A stretch of 46,242 bases of DNA from an uncultured Phycisphaeraceae bacterium (GTDB lineage Bacteria; Planctomycetota; Phycisphaerae; Phycisphaerales; Phycisphaeraceae). Within the stretch, counting starts at the first letter, position 1. Every line of letters begins with the position of its first letter. The stretch spans positions 1-46,242 of the forward strand of contig CAYSIX010000001.1 of assembly GCA_964431205.1 (NCBI GenBank), given 5' to 3'. The notes below the pieces were generated by a model. That model did not search any database, had not been told where the DNA came from, and worked only from the letters and a program-made list of their open reading frames with translations. A program made the position numbers and the translations under genes. This document shows positions 16,257 to 24,910 of the stretch, one piece after another.

Positions 16257-17171
16257 ATGTCCAAGAGAATTCGCCAAAACCGCTTTGTCCGCAGCCGATG
16301 GACCGCGTGCCTGACAGGTATCGCGAGCCTGAGCCTGATCGTGCCGACCACGACCGCCCAAGCCGACCTGATCCACGAGGACTTCGAGGCCGATACGGTG
16401 GGATCCGCGCCCTCGTCGGCCTTCGGCGTCTCAGATCCCCAGAACACGCCTGTCACCAACTTCGCCACGCAAGTGATCGTCGTCGATTCGGACAGCGAAT
16501 TCGCCGATCCATTCGGACCCGACAACCAGAGCCTGTTGATCAAGGACCACACCGGTTCGGCTCGATCTCAGGTCGCGTTTACCGAGGGCGCGAGCAACGA
16601 GCCGAGGTCGATCGCCACGGGACAGACGACCATGGACCTTTTTTTAGCTGATCCACGGCTACCGGACCGCACCATCCCGGTTCACACCGATGGGTTCTTC
16701 TACAACAACCTGCAAGTGATTATCGGTGGAGACACTCCTCCGCTGAGCAATGTCAACAGCGCATCGCCCACGATCTGGTTTGATTTTCTCGTCGCTGATA
16801 CAGGCTTCTTTCACATCCGTGACATCTGGACCGGGCTGACCACCAGAGGAGCGATGCCATCATCATTCATTGACACGGTTGTCGGAAGACCGTTTGAGCT
16901 GACGGTGGAGTGGGACGTTGAAGAGGGCCTGTATTCATTGCTCATCGACGGTGAGCCCGTTCTATTCAAACTTACCGACGGCACGACGGCCTCGCTTCCC
17001 ATGAACGGAACGGTGGACGGAGTCAATCGCGTCGGTTTCGGCACGGACAACTCGCTCACCGCCGAGGTGTGGGTCGACAACGTCAACCTCGTGCCGGAGC
17101 CCGGCGCCCTGGCGCTGACGCTCACGGTGGCGGCCGGAGCAATCGGCCGACGGACGCGCCGGATCGTCTAA
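16257..17171 (+). CDS. PEP-CTERM-anchored ConA/LamG-like exoprotein (paralog of 14601..15704 without the dockerin cassette)
   Basis: ORF 16239..17171. ATG 16257 is preferred (GAGAGGAG 8 nt upstream). Signal peptide ..SLSLIVPTTTAQA. High identity to the 14601..15704 product across the beta-sandwich domain. C-terminal VPEPGALALTLTVAAGAIGRRTRRIV. Confidence 0.85.
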   Translation: MSKRIRQNRFVRSRWTACLTGIASLSLIVPTTTAQADLIHEDFEADTVGSAPSSAFGVSDPQNTPVTNFATQVIVVDSDSEFADPFGPDNQSLLIKDHTGSARSQVAFTEGASNEPRSIATGQTTMDLFLADPRLPDRTIPVHTDGFFYNNLQVIIGGDTPPLSNVNSASPTIWFDFLVADTGFFHIRDIWTGLTTRGAMPSSFIDTVVGRPFELTVEWDVEEGLYSLLIDGEPVLFKLTDGTTASLPMNGTVDGVNRVGFGTDNSLTAEVWVDNVNLVPEPGALALTLTVAAGAIGRRTRRIV

Positions 17172-17216
17172 GGACCCATCGCTTGCTCTGTATGCGGTCT
17201 AGTTGCAGTTCCTTCG

Positions 17217-17258
17217 AGGGCGTTGCGCGGTGAGGGTCCGCCGCGCAACGCCCTTTTC
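17217..17258 (+). terminator. Strong hairpin + T-run (intrinsic terminator or attenuator) after the 16257..17171 gene
   Basis: AGGGCGTTGCGCGG (17217-17230), 10-nt loop, CCGCGCAACGCCCT (17241-17254), then TTTC. The 14-bp stem is perfect and GC-rich. Confidence 0.7.
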
Positions 17259-17280
17259 ACTCGACTCCAGGAGCAGCCCC

Positions 17281-19524
17281 TTGCAGGATCTGCAGCCACG
17301 GCTGATCGCTCCAACCCGCCGTCCTCGGCTCAATCACGACACGGTCGAGCGCGGCCCCGCCGCTCGCGATCGTCGCGTCGCCGTAACGGGCCTGCTGGCG
17401 GCGCTGGTCAGTGTCGTCGCGACGCTCGCTGTAACGAACGCCCAAGCCGACTCCGCCGTTCATCAACAGATCACCGACGAGGCGACGCTCTGGGCCGAAG
17501 ACCTCTATCAGCGTATGAACTGGTACGTGCCACTGATCCGCTTTTCGTCGACCGGGTCCGGCCCCAACGACCCGCGGTACGACGCCAAGCACCTCTACGA
17601 CATGAGCTATTACGACGAGGCCCGGCTCGTGCAGTTCCAGAACACGCGTGATCCGGCGATCGCCGACCAGTTGCTCACGGAGTTGGAGTTCGTCCTCGAC
17701 CTGCGGACCGGCGGGCCGCTGGACCCGTACCCGGACCCGCCCGAGACGTTGCGGACAGGGCCGACCGGGCCACGATGGGTCAGTTTCAATCGCTACTACA
17801 CCCAGGTGGCCAACCCGCCGCGGCACGCCTGGTTCGCCCACAACGCCCAGTACTTGTCCAACCACCTGCGCCTCATCGGCATGATCCGCAACGATTCAGA
17901 GTTGCACGCCGAGTTTGCCGACCGGATCGATTCGATCGTCCCGATCGCGGCGGAGATTCTCAATGGATTCGACCATGAGTTCCAGCACTACTCCGACGGC
18001 GTGCGCGGGCTCTACACCGACCCGTTCTACGCGTCACTTGGCGGAGGCACGTCCACTTATCCCGGTCTGCTGCCCTTGAACATGCAGTCGGCGGCGGGCT
18101 CGGCCTATCTGGGGCTCTACCAGGCCTCCGGTGAGGAGCAATATCGTGAACGCGCCGAGGCGCTGGCGCTGACGATGAAAAGCGATCTGGTCGCGTCCGG
18201 CGACCGGTATCTGATGGCCTACGGCCAGGACCAGCGTTACGCGGCCGGACGGGAGGACATAGGGCACGGCGCCGTCAGCATCGCCTTCATCGTCGAGGCC
18301 TACGAGGCGGGCCTGGTCTTCAACGACACGGACCTGGCGCGTCTGAGCAACACGCTGCGGGCGATGAAGAAGTCCAATGGCGAGTTCTCGTTCTTCCTCG
18401 ACGGGACGGACCACAGCGGTACCACGGGCGTCAATCCGGCGGGCCTGGCCAACCGCTGGCTCCGCCTGGCGTACTACGAACCTGAGCTACGCGCCGAGAT
18501 GTGGGACCATCTACACCCGTACTACGATACCAACAACAGCTCGTCCGCGGTGTACACGGCCCTGGCCATGGCCCACTACGCCGTCTCGGGCGAATCGCAT
18601 CGCCCTGAGCGGATGTTCGTCGACCGCTTTGACGGGCCGCAGATCAGCGCTCGTTGGCGGCGGCCGTCGGATGAGTCGCTCGATGTCTTCTGGGTCACCA
18701 GCGTTCAAGACGGAGCGCTTCTTGTTCGCGACGTTGTCGACAACGCGTCCTACCCCTCGAAGTGGGTAGGCCTGACGCGTAGTCGGGAAGTATCGCCGAT
18801 CGGATCCTGGTCCGTCGAGGTTGATCTGGAGTGGAACGCCGCCGAGGCCGGCTCAAACGCGCTCAACGTCGAGCACGCGTTTCTGGTGCAGTTGCTCGAC
18901 GACGAGGGCGACGTCTTCGCGTCCCTGGGCCTGGCGGACCTGTGGCCCGAGCAGACCGCGGGCAGGCAGTGGTCGCTCGCGGGCACCTCGAGCCGATCGG
19001 CCCACCCCGGCGAGCTGGATCAGGTCGGCCGGGCACTGCTTCAGATACGAAGCCTTGAAGACGAAGCGCGAACGGAGTTGTATTGGGATCAGACGATGCT
19101 CGCGGAGTGGGACGGCTACCATACACTGAGCGAGGTCCTGCTTGTTTTTGGCAAGCACTATCCGAGCCAGGGCAGCGCGAACATGGGCGATTTCACGATC
19201 CACCGCGTCGCCGTGAACGAGCTCGCGGCCCCCACCGTGCCCGGCGATGCCGACGGGGACGGCGACGTGGACGCGTTCGACCTGGGTATCTGGCAAACCG
19301 ATTTCGGAATGACCGGCGCGAGCCTGGCGGCCGACTTCGACGCGGACGGCGACGTCGACGGGTTCGATCTTGGCCTGTGGCAGACAAACTTCGGCCGTAG
19401 CGCCCAAGGCGTGACGGTGCCCGTGCCATCCGTCGGGGTGCTGATGGTGGTCAGCGCGCTGCTGGGTGTTGGTCGACAGGACCGGGCCATCGCCCGAGGC
19501 CGAATCGCTCACACGCAACGATGA
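17281..19524 (+). CDS. Large exoprotein of unknown function with C-terminal double dockerin-like cassette and degenerate PEP-CTERM tail
   Basis: ORF 17203..19524, but the hairpin at 17217-17258 lies in its 5' end. The first plausible start after the hairpin is TTG 17281 (AGGAG 9 nt upstream). Signal-like RDRRVAVTGLLAALVSVVATLAVTNAQA. Helix-rich central region, then a beta-rich region (FVDRFDGPQISARWRRP...). GDADGDGDVDAFDLGIWQTDFG / DFDADGDVDGFDLGLWQTNFG. The tail VPVPSVGVLMVVSALLGVGRQDR has VPVP instead of VPEP. Confidence 0.7.
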   Translation: MQDLQPRLIAPTRRPRLNHDTVERGPAARDRRVAVTGLLAALVSVVATLAVTNAQADSAVHQQITDEATLWAEDLYQRMNWYVPLIRFSSTGSGPNDPRYDAKHLYDMSYYDEARLVQFQNTRDPAIADQLLTELEFVLDLRTGGPLDPYPDPPETLRTGPTGPRWVSFNRYYTQVANPPRHAWFAHNAQYLSNHLRLIGMIRNDSELHAEFADRIDSIVPIAAEILNGFDHEFQHYSDGVRGLYTDPFYASLGGGTSTYPGLLPLNMQSAAGSAYLGLYQASGEEQYRERAEALALTMKSDLVASGDRYLMAYGQDQRYAAGREDIGHGAVSIAFIVEAYEAGLVFNDTDLARLSNTLRAMKKSNGEFSFFLDGTDHSGTTGVNPAGLANRWLRLAYYEPELRAEMWDHLHPYYDTNNSSSAVYTALAMAHYAVSGESHRPERMFVDRFDGPQISARWRRPSDESLDVFWVTSVQDGALLVRDVVDNASYPSKWVGLTRSREVSPIGSWSVEVDLEWNAAEAGSNALNVEHAFLVQLLDDEGDVFASLGLADLWPEQTAGRQWSLAGTSSRSAHPGELDQVGRALLQIRSLEDEARTELYWDQTMLAEWDGYHTLSEVLLVFGKHYPSQGSANMGDFTIHRVAVNELAAPTVPGDADGDGDVDAFDLGIWQTDFGMTGASLAADFDADGDVDGFDLGLWQTNFGRSAQGVTVPVPSVGVLMVVSALLGVGRQDRAIARGRIAHTQR
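19243..19395 (+). repeat. Dockerin-like double EF-hand cassette, copy 2 of 3 (coding)
   Basis: Same 51-codon block as 14703..14855 (-) and 41423..41575 (+). Confidence 0.85.
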
Positions 19525-20411
19525 GAGCCAAGATGCCTGACGACGCCCAAGACGTGCCCAGCGTCCAGATCTCACCGCGGTACTATCGATGGTTCGTCGA
19601 TTGCGACCGGCCGTGGCGTGAGTCTCACACGGGCTACGACCACTTGGAGTGGCAGGTGCCCGTCGGGTCGATGGCCCTGGTACTCGTCGACGTGTGGGAC
19701 CGCCACTACCTGCCCGAGCCGCAGGAACGGATCGATCGGATCACCCGGGACATGATTCGCCCGCTGGTCGAGGCGTGTCGGGAAGCCGGCGTCCACGTGA
19801 TTCACGCGCCGTCAGCCGAGACCGCGGAGCGGTACCGTGACCATTGGCCGGCTGGCACGGCGTCCCAAGCGGCGGAGCGGCCGGATTGGCCGCCGGCGTC
19901 GTTCCGAGCGCGGACCGGGCCTTATCGTCGATTCGCCGGTCGCGACGAGCCGGGGCGGCAGGAGTGGGAAGCGCTCAAGAGCTCTCGGCGGATTCACCCG
20001 GCAGTCGCCCCCCTCGCCGGCGACAGCGTGGTGCCCGACGCCGACGCCCTGCATCGGTTGTGTCGCGAACGCAAATTGTTGTTTCTCTTTTACGCCGGCT
20101 TCCACACCAACAGCTGCGTGCTGCTTCGCGATTATGGCATGTGGGCGATGTCGCAGCGCGGCTACGCCACCGTGCTGTTGCGCGACGCCACGACCGGGCT
20201 GGAGGCGTCTTTCACACGCGACACCATGGAGCAGACCCGGCAGACGACGCTCCTGCTCGAGATGTTCGGCAGCTGCAGCATCCCAAGCGGCGAGCTGCTG
20301 ACCGCGCTCGACGCGCTGCGGACGTCGAGCGACGGCGAATCATGTCGGTCCTCTGTCGCGCCGAGCACACCCCTCATCCCCGCTTCACGCATCGAGAGTC
20401 AATCGACATGA
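19521..20411 (+). CDS. Isochorismatase-like cysteine hydrolase (amidase-type)
   Basis: 296 aa. ATGA overlap with the upstream stop at 19521-19524. Family blocks: MALVLVDVWD (Asp strand) and LLFLFYAGFHTNSCVLLRDYGMWAMSQRGYATVLLRDATTG (nucleophile Cys context G..T..CV ... v.Da). Confidence 0.55.
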   Translation: MRAKMPDDAQDVPSVQISPRYYRWFVDCDRPWRESHTGYDHLEWQVPVGSMALVLVDVWDRHYLPEPQERIDRITRDMIRPLVEACREAGVHVIHAPSAETAERYRDHWPAGTASQAAERPDWPPASFRARTGPYRRFAGRDEPGRQEWEALKSSRRIHPAVAPLAGDSVVPDADALHRLCRERKLLFLFYAGFHTNSCVLLRDYGMWAMSQRGYATVLLRDATTGLEASFTRDTMEQTRQTTLLLEMFGSCSIPSGELLTALDALRTSSDGESCRSSVAPSTPLIPASRIESQST

Positions 20412-21661
20412 CCCAGACCAATTCCTCATCGAACGAGCATTATCCCACCGACCGCCCGTTTCGGTTCGGCGGCAACGAGCTTCGCTACGTACGCGAGGCG
20501 ATCGAGAGCGGCAACCTGTTCTATTGGCCGGAGGGCCGATTCGTCACTCGCCTGATCGACCACATCCGCGAACGATTTGAGATGCCGTACGCGGTGGCGA
20601 CGTCATCGGGTACGTCGGCGTTGCAGGTGGCGCTGGCGGCCGCGGGCGTGCGACCCGGCGCGGAGGTGATCGTCCCGCCGATCACCGACATGGGCACGCA
20701 CATCGCCGTGTTGCGACAGAACGCGATCCCGGTGTTCGCCGACGTGCACCCACACACGTACAACCTCACACCGGAGACGATCGAGCGGGCGATCACCGAT
20801 CGGACCCAGGTCGTGCTGCTCGTGCACCTGGCCGGCAACCCGGCCGACGCGCCGGCCATCGCCGACCTCTGCCGCCGCCGCGGACTCCTGCTGATCGAGG
20901 ACGCCGCGCAGGCGTACGGCGCCTATCTGCACGGCGAGCACGTAGGGACGTTCGGCGACTTCGGATGCTTCAGTCTCAACAACTCCAAGCACATCAGTTG
21001 CGGCGAAGGTGGCTTCGTCCTAACCCGCGACAAGCGGCTTTACGTGCGCGCCCACAACCACGCCGACAAGTTCTACGACCGTCACAATTCTGGTCTGTGG
21101 TTGCAGGAGCTGGGCGCCAACTTCCGCATGACCGAGTTGCAGGGCGCGGTCGCGCTGGCACAAATGGAGCGGATGGAGGCATTCACCGAACGACGCGGGC
21201 TGATCGGTGCGCGCCTCATCGAGATGCTATCCGACACGCCGGGCATCCTGCTGCCCGAGTCTCTGCCCGGAGCAACGTGCAGCTATTGGTTCCTGATGTT
21301 TCGGATCGACCCGACCGTCGTTCGCGTCTCACGGGAGGAGCTGCAGGCCCGGCTGACCGAACGCCGGGTTCGTTGCACCGCCGGTTATCTTCACCGCCCG
21401 AGCTATCTCGAGCCCATGTTCCAGAACAAGTCGTTCTTCCCGGGCGGCGTCTGGCCCGGGGAAGTTGTCGCCGGTCGGACGTACGACTACCGCGAGGTAT
21501 CGTGCCCGGTCGCCGAGCAGGTACTCGAGACCGCCATGACGCTGCAGGTCCACGAGGGTCAGACGGACCAGGAGGTGCAGTGGATCGGCACGCACGTCCT
21601 TAAGGTGTGGGCGCGTGCGATGCAGGATGCCAACGGCGTGGCGACGGAGGTCGGTGCATGA
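20408..21661 (+). CDS. DegT/DnrJ/EryC1/StrS-family PLP-dependent aminotransferase
   Basis: The real start is ATG 20408 (MTQTNSSSNEHYP), overlapping the upstream stop (ATGA). The longer track ORF 19844.. is an Arg-rich out-of-frame extension over the previous gene. Blocks: AVATSSGTSALQVALAAAGVRPGAEVIVPPITDMGT, LVHLAGNPADAPAIADLCRRRGLLLIEDAAQAYG, lysine context GCFSLNNSKHISCGEGG. Confidence 0.8.
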   Translation: MTQTNSSSNEHYPTDRPFRFGGNELRYVREAIESGNLFYWPEGRFVTRLIDHIRERFEMPYAVATSSGTSALQVALAAAGVRPGAEVIVPPITDMGTHIAVLRQNAIPVFADVHPHTYNLTPETIERAITDRTQVVLLVHLAGNPADAPAIADLCRRRGLLLIEDAAQAYGAYLHGEHVGTFGDFGCFSLNNSKHISCGEGGFVLTRDKRLYVRAHNHADKFYDRHNSGLWLQELGANFRMTELQGAVALAQMERMEAFTERRGLIGARLIEMLSDTPGILLPESLPGATCSYWFLMFRIDPTVVRVSREELQARLTERRVRCTAGYLHRPSYLEPMFQNKSFFPGGVWPGEVVAGRTYDYREVSCPVAEQVLETAMTLQVHEGQTDQEVQWIGTHVLKVWARAMQDANGVATEVGA

Positions 21662-23499
21662 GCGAGTGGTCGTCTTCCCCCGTCGCTGTGCTGGTCGCCG
21701 ATCCGCCGCCGCTGAATCGCCCGAGGTTCTGTGAAGCCGGCGCGTACCTCTTCGAGGTGCTCGAGCACGCGGGGATCCCGTACCGGCGGCTGAGCCTCGC
21801 CGCCGGCGCCGACATGACCGGCGTCAGCGTCCTGATCACCGTGGGCGAACCCGAGGCGGCCGTGTCCTGCATCCATGCGTTGCGGGCGTGGCTGGAGTGC
21901 GGCGGCGTCTGGATCAGCATCGCGGGCCTGCACGGCGAACCCGATCTGTTCGGCGTCAAGCCGTGTCGATCCCAGTACACCGGCATCTTCGGCACCGCTG
22001 AACAGATCTCGCTGGGCGAGGGCTACCTCGAGCCGACGCCGCTCGGACGCGACCAACCCATTGCCCAGCATATCGACCACCCCCTGCACTTTTTCGGTGG
22101 GCTAGCCGCCGAAGCGACAGACGCCGCCGTCCTCGCGCGTGTCCGCGACGCCCACGGCCAGCCGACCGACCGTGTGGGTGTCTCGCAGTGCCAGCGCGGC
22201 GAAGGGCTGGCGGTGTTCATCGGATCCGACCTGACCGGCTCGATTGTTCGCATCCAACAGGGCATTTCGGTCGGCACGGATCGCGTGTCGTCCGCGGACG
22301 GAACTGCGCCGAGTCAGGACGGCATTCTCAAGTCGGACGACGGCGCCGTGCTCGATCCGATCTTGGATCGTCAGGACGTGCCGGGCGTCACGGGGCTCCG
22401 CGCGTACCTGACGCCGGTCGCCGATCAGTGGCGTCAGCTCCTGATTCGCGCAATCCTGGCAGGGTGCCGGCGCGCGGCGGCGGACCTGCCGATGCTGTGG
22501 CTTTACCCGGGCACGATCACCGCGATCGCCCACATGTCTCACGATACCGACGGCAACGACCCGCAGAAGGCAAGCCACCTACTCGAGCAGCTTCAGGCCG
22601 CGGACATCCGATCGACGTGGTGCGTCATCCGGCCCGGATACGAGCCGGACGTGATCGCCCGCATCCGCGAGGCCGGACACGAGCTGGCCATGCACTTCGA
22701 CGCCCTCACGCCCGGACATGACTGGACCCGCGCGCAGTTCACCCGCCAGGCGTTGAACCTGGCGGATCAACTCGGCGCGATGCCCAGGACCAACAAGAAC
22801 CACTACCTGCGATGGGAGGGTGGGAGCCAACTCATCGAGTGGTGCGAGGCGCACGGCCTTCTGCTCGACCAGAGCAAGGGGCCTGCCAAACCCGGAGAGG
22901 CCGGCTTTCTCTTCGGCACCTGCCACCCCTACCGCTACGTCCGCGACGATGGTCGGCTCAGTGACGTGCTCGAGCTGCCCACACACACGCAGGACCTGGC
23001 GGTCTTCGTCGAGCCGGAAGTGTTGCCGCACCTGATCCGGGCCGTCCTCGCTCAGCACGGCGTGCTTCACCTGCTGTTTCACCCATCGCACGTGGACAAG
23101 CAGGCGGTCCGTGAGGCGATCGCTCGGGCCGTCACGCTGGCGCGCGAGGCGGGTCTCGAGTGGTGGACGAGCGAGCGGCTGGCCCGCTGGGAACGCGCTC
23201 GCCGCGCGGTGCGCTGGCAGGATCCGGAGGCCGACGACGCGGCCGTGGCGCTTCACCTGCCGGATGAGATCGCCGACCGGGTCACCCTCCTGTGGCTGAT
23301 GCAGGAGGAAGACAAAGCGACCTCCGCCGCCGACGGCGAGTCGGAGGAAACGATGCGCTGCTGGGGATTCGAGTTTAGACGCGCTCGCCTGGAACGGCGG
23401 GGCGACGCGTTCGTCGCCCGCATGCCGGAATCGGAATGCACGTTGGCCCTAGACGGGCGATCAAGTCCACCCATGGAACACTCGCCACGACAGGGCTGA
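21658..23499 (+). CDS. Two-domain protein: N-terminal domain of unknown function + C-terminal deacetylase-type (CE4 / glycoside hydrolase-deacetylase beta/alpha-barrel-like) domain
   Basis: Start ATG 21658 overlaps the upstream stop (ATGA). The C-terminal half contains TAIAHMSHDTDGND, GHELAMHFDAL and HLLFHPSHV, His/Asp-rich strands reminiscent of the polysaccharide-deacetylase fold. The assignment is tentative. Confidence 0.45.
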   Translation: MSEWSSSPVAVLVADPPPLNRPRFCEAGAYLFEVLEHAGIPYRRLSLAAGADMTGVSVLITVGEPEAAVSCIHALRAWLECGGVWISIAGLHGEPDLFGVKPCRSQYTGIFGTAEQISLGEGYLEPTPLGRDQPIAQHIDHPLHFFGGLAAEATDAAVLARVRDAHGQPTDRVGVSQCQRGEGLAVFIGSDLTGSIVRIQQGISVGTDRVSSADGTAPSQDGILKSDDGAVLDPILDRQDVPGVTGLRAYLTPVADQWRQLLIRAILAGCRRAAADLPMLWLYPGTITAIAHMSHDTDGNDPQKASHLLEQLQAADIRSTWCVIRPGYEPDVIARIREAGHELAMHFDALTPGHDWTRAQFTRQALNLADQLGAMPRTNKNHYLRWEGGSQLIEWCEAHGLLLDQSKGPAKPGEAGFLFGTCHPYRYVRDDGRLSDVLELPTHTQDLAVFVEPEVLPHLIRAVLAQHGVLHLLFHPSHVDKQAVREAIARAVTLAREAGLEWWTSERLARWERARRAVRWQDPEADDAAVALHLPDEIADRVTLLWLMQEEDKATSAADGESEETMRCWGFEFRRARLERRGDAFVARMPESECTLALDGRSSPPMEHSPRQG

Positions 23500-23569
23500 C
23501 ATGTCCGGTCGCTTCGCGGACGCCGCCGCGATGGCCCGTCGTTATGCGGGATCGACATCACCGCGAGCA

Positions 23570-24910
23570 TCAATCGACACACGAATCGCTCGGCCACGGG
23601 TCGATCGCCTCGGCGTGGTGCCCGCCCAGGCCCGCCACGCTCGGATCGGGCAGGACGTGCCGACCGTCGCGCACGTCGAACAGCCCGGGGAATGCCATAT
23701 CCCAGCCACGGTTCGCTTCGGGCGTGAACTGCGGTGAGTTGAGCTCGACGCCGTTCAGCGTCGGCACGTGCGCCGCGAACAGACCCGCGTGCACCGCCGC
23801 GAGCGCGGGATTCGTCAGGTCCTGGAGCGACAGCTCGAGGTTGAACCTGTGGGCATAGGCGGCCGCGATCAGCGCGAAGCTGTGGCCCTTGCAGGTCTTG
23901 ATCGCGAAGCCGGACCATCCCTGCGCCCGCGCCAGGTCCATCGCCTCCAGCGTCGTCAGGCCTTCGTCCACCACGACCGGCTTGCGCGCGGCGATCGGAC
24001 GCCAGTCGTATGCGTGCTGGGAGATGTCTCGGCCGGTTGGCTGTTCGATCAGCTCAAGCGCCTCGTACGCGGCAGGGTCTAGCGTCTCCAGCACGTCCAG
24101 AAAGCCCGCGACGCTGCGCGCATCCGGATTGGCCTCGTTCGAATCGATGGAGACGCGCGGGTGCGCCACGCCCCACCGTCGCGCGGCCGACGCCACCTCG
24201 ATCACGCGCTTTGCGTCCTCCCCCGCGTCCCGCCCCATGATCTTGATCTTGAAAGCGGAGTAACCGCGGCGAGACACCGGCGGGCGAACGTCACGCTCCA
24301 GGTCGTCCGACTTGCCGATCAGCCACCACGCCGGGCTGCGGATCTGCCGACCGCGCGACAGCAGGCCGCGGATCGCTCGAAACGCCCCGCCCTCTGCGCC
24401 GAAGTACGGATCACACGTCGGCAGGCTCAATGGCTGGTCGTACAGCGCAAATGCGCTGCGGCCCAACGCCTGGCCGACCGCGTCGTGGATCGCGGCGTCG
24501 AAGATGCTCGCACACACGGCCCGGGCAAGCAGCGGCGGCGCAGCGGCGACGTCCGGCCGCTCATCGGTGACGACGTGCTCGTGCATCGCCATGCCCGCGA
24601 CGAGCGGGTGCGGCTGCTCATCCAGGAGGTGAGGCAGGCGATCGGCCAGTCGCAGGCACTCATCGCGCATCGCCGCCTCGCGCCGGGCGTGGCTGAATTG
24701 CGCGCTCGGCCACGCCCACAGATCACTGAGGTATATGCAGCCGCGACCGATCGACTCGACGCCATTGCACGCCGCGTGAACGCGCGCATCGGCCCTCGTG
24801 ATGGCCTCGATCCTGCCGGTGCTCAGCACCAGCGGCGTGGCGAACCGCTCGCGGCAGAAGCGCACCTCGGCGGACCGGACCCGTACCCGAGTCGACGTGC
24901 GGCCGCTCAC
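23570..24910 (-). CDS. Enolase-superfamily enzyme (mandelate racemase / muconate-lactonizing enzyme-like)
   Basis: 446 aa with a GTG start overlapping the regulator stop. KxK motif YSAFKIKIMG. Metal ligands in the usual order: SIDSNEA, ELIEQP, VVVDEGL. Second catalytic Lys context FAIKTCKGHS. Confidence 0.75.
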   Translation of the reverse strand: MSGRTSTRVRVRSAEVRFCRERFATPLVLSTGRIEAITRADARVHAACNGVESIGRGCIYLSDLWAWPSAQFSHARREAAMRDECLRLADRLPHLLDEQPHPLVAGMAMHEHVVTDERPDVAAAPPLLARAVCASIFDAAIHDAVGQALGRSAFALYDQPLSLPTCDPYFGAEGGAFRAIRGLLSRGRQIRSPAWWLIGKSDDLERDVRPPVSRRGYSAFKIKIMGRDAGEDAKRVIEVASAARRWGVAHPRVSIDSNEANPDARSVAGFLDVLETLDPAAYEALELIEQPTGRDISQHAYDWRPIAARKPVVVDEGLTTLEAMDLARAQGWSGFAIKTCKGHSFALIAAAYAHRFNLELSLQDLTNPALAAVHAGLFAAHVPTLNGVELNSPQFTPEANRGWDMAFPGLFDVRDGRHVLPDPSVAGLGGHHAEAIDPWPSDSCVD

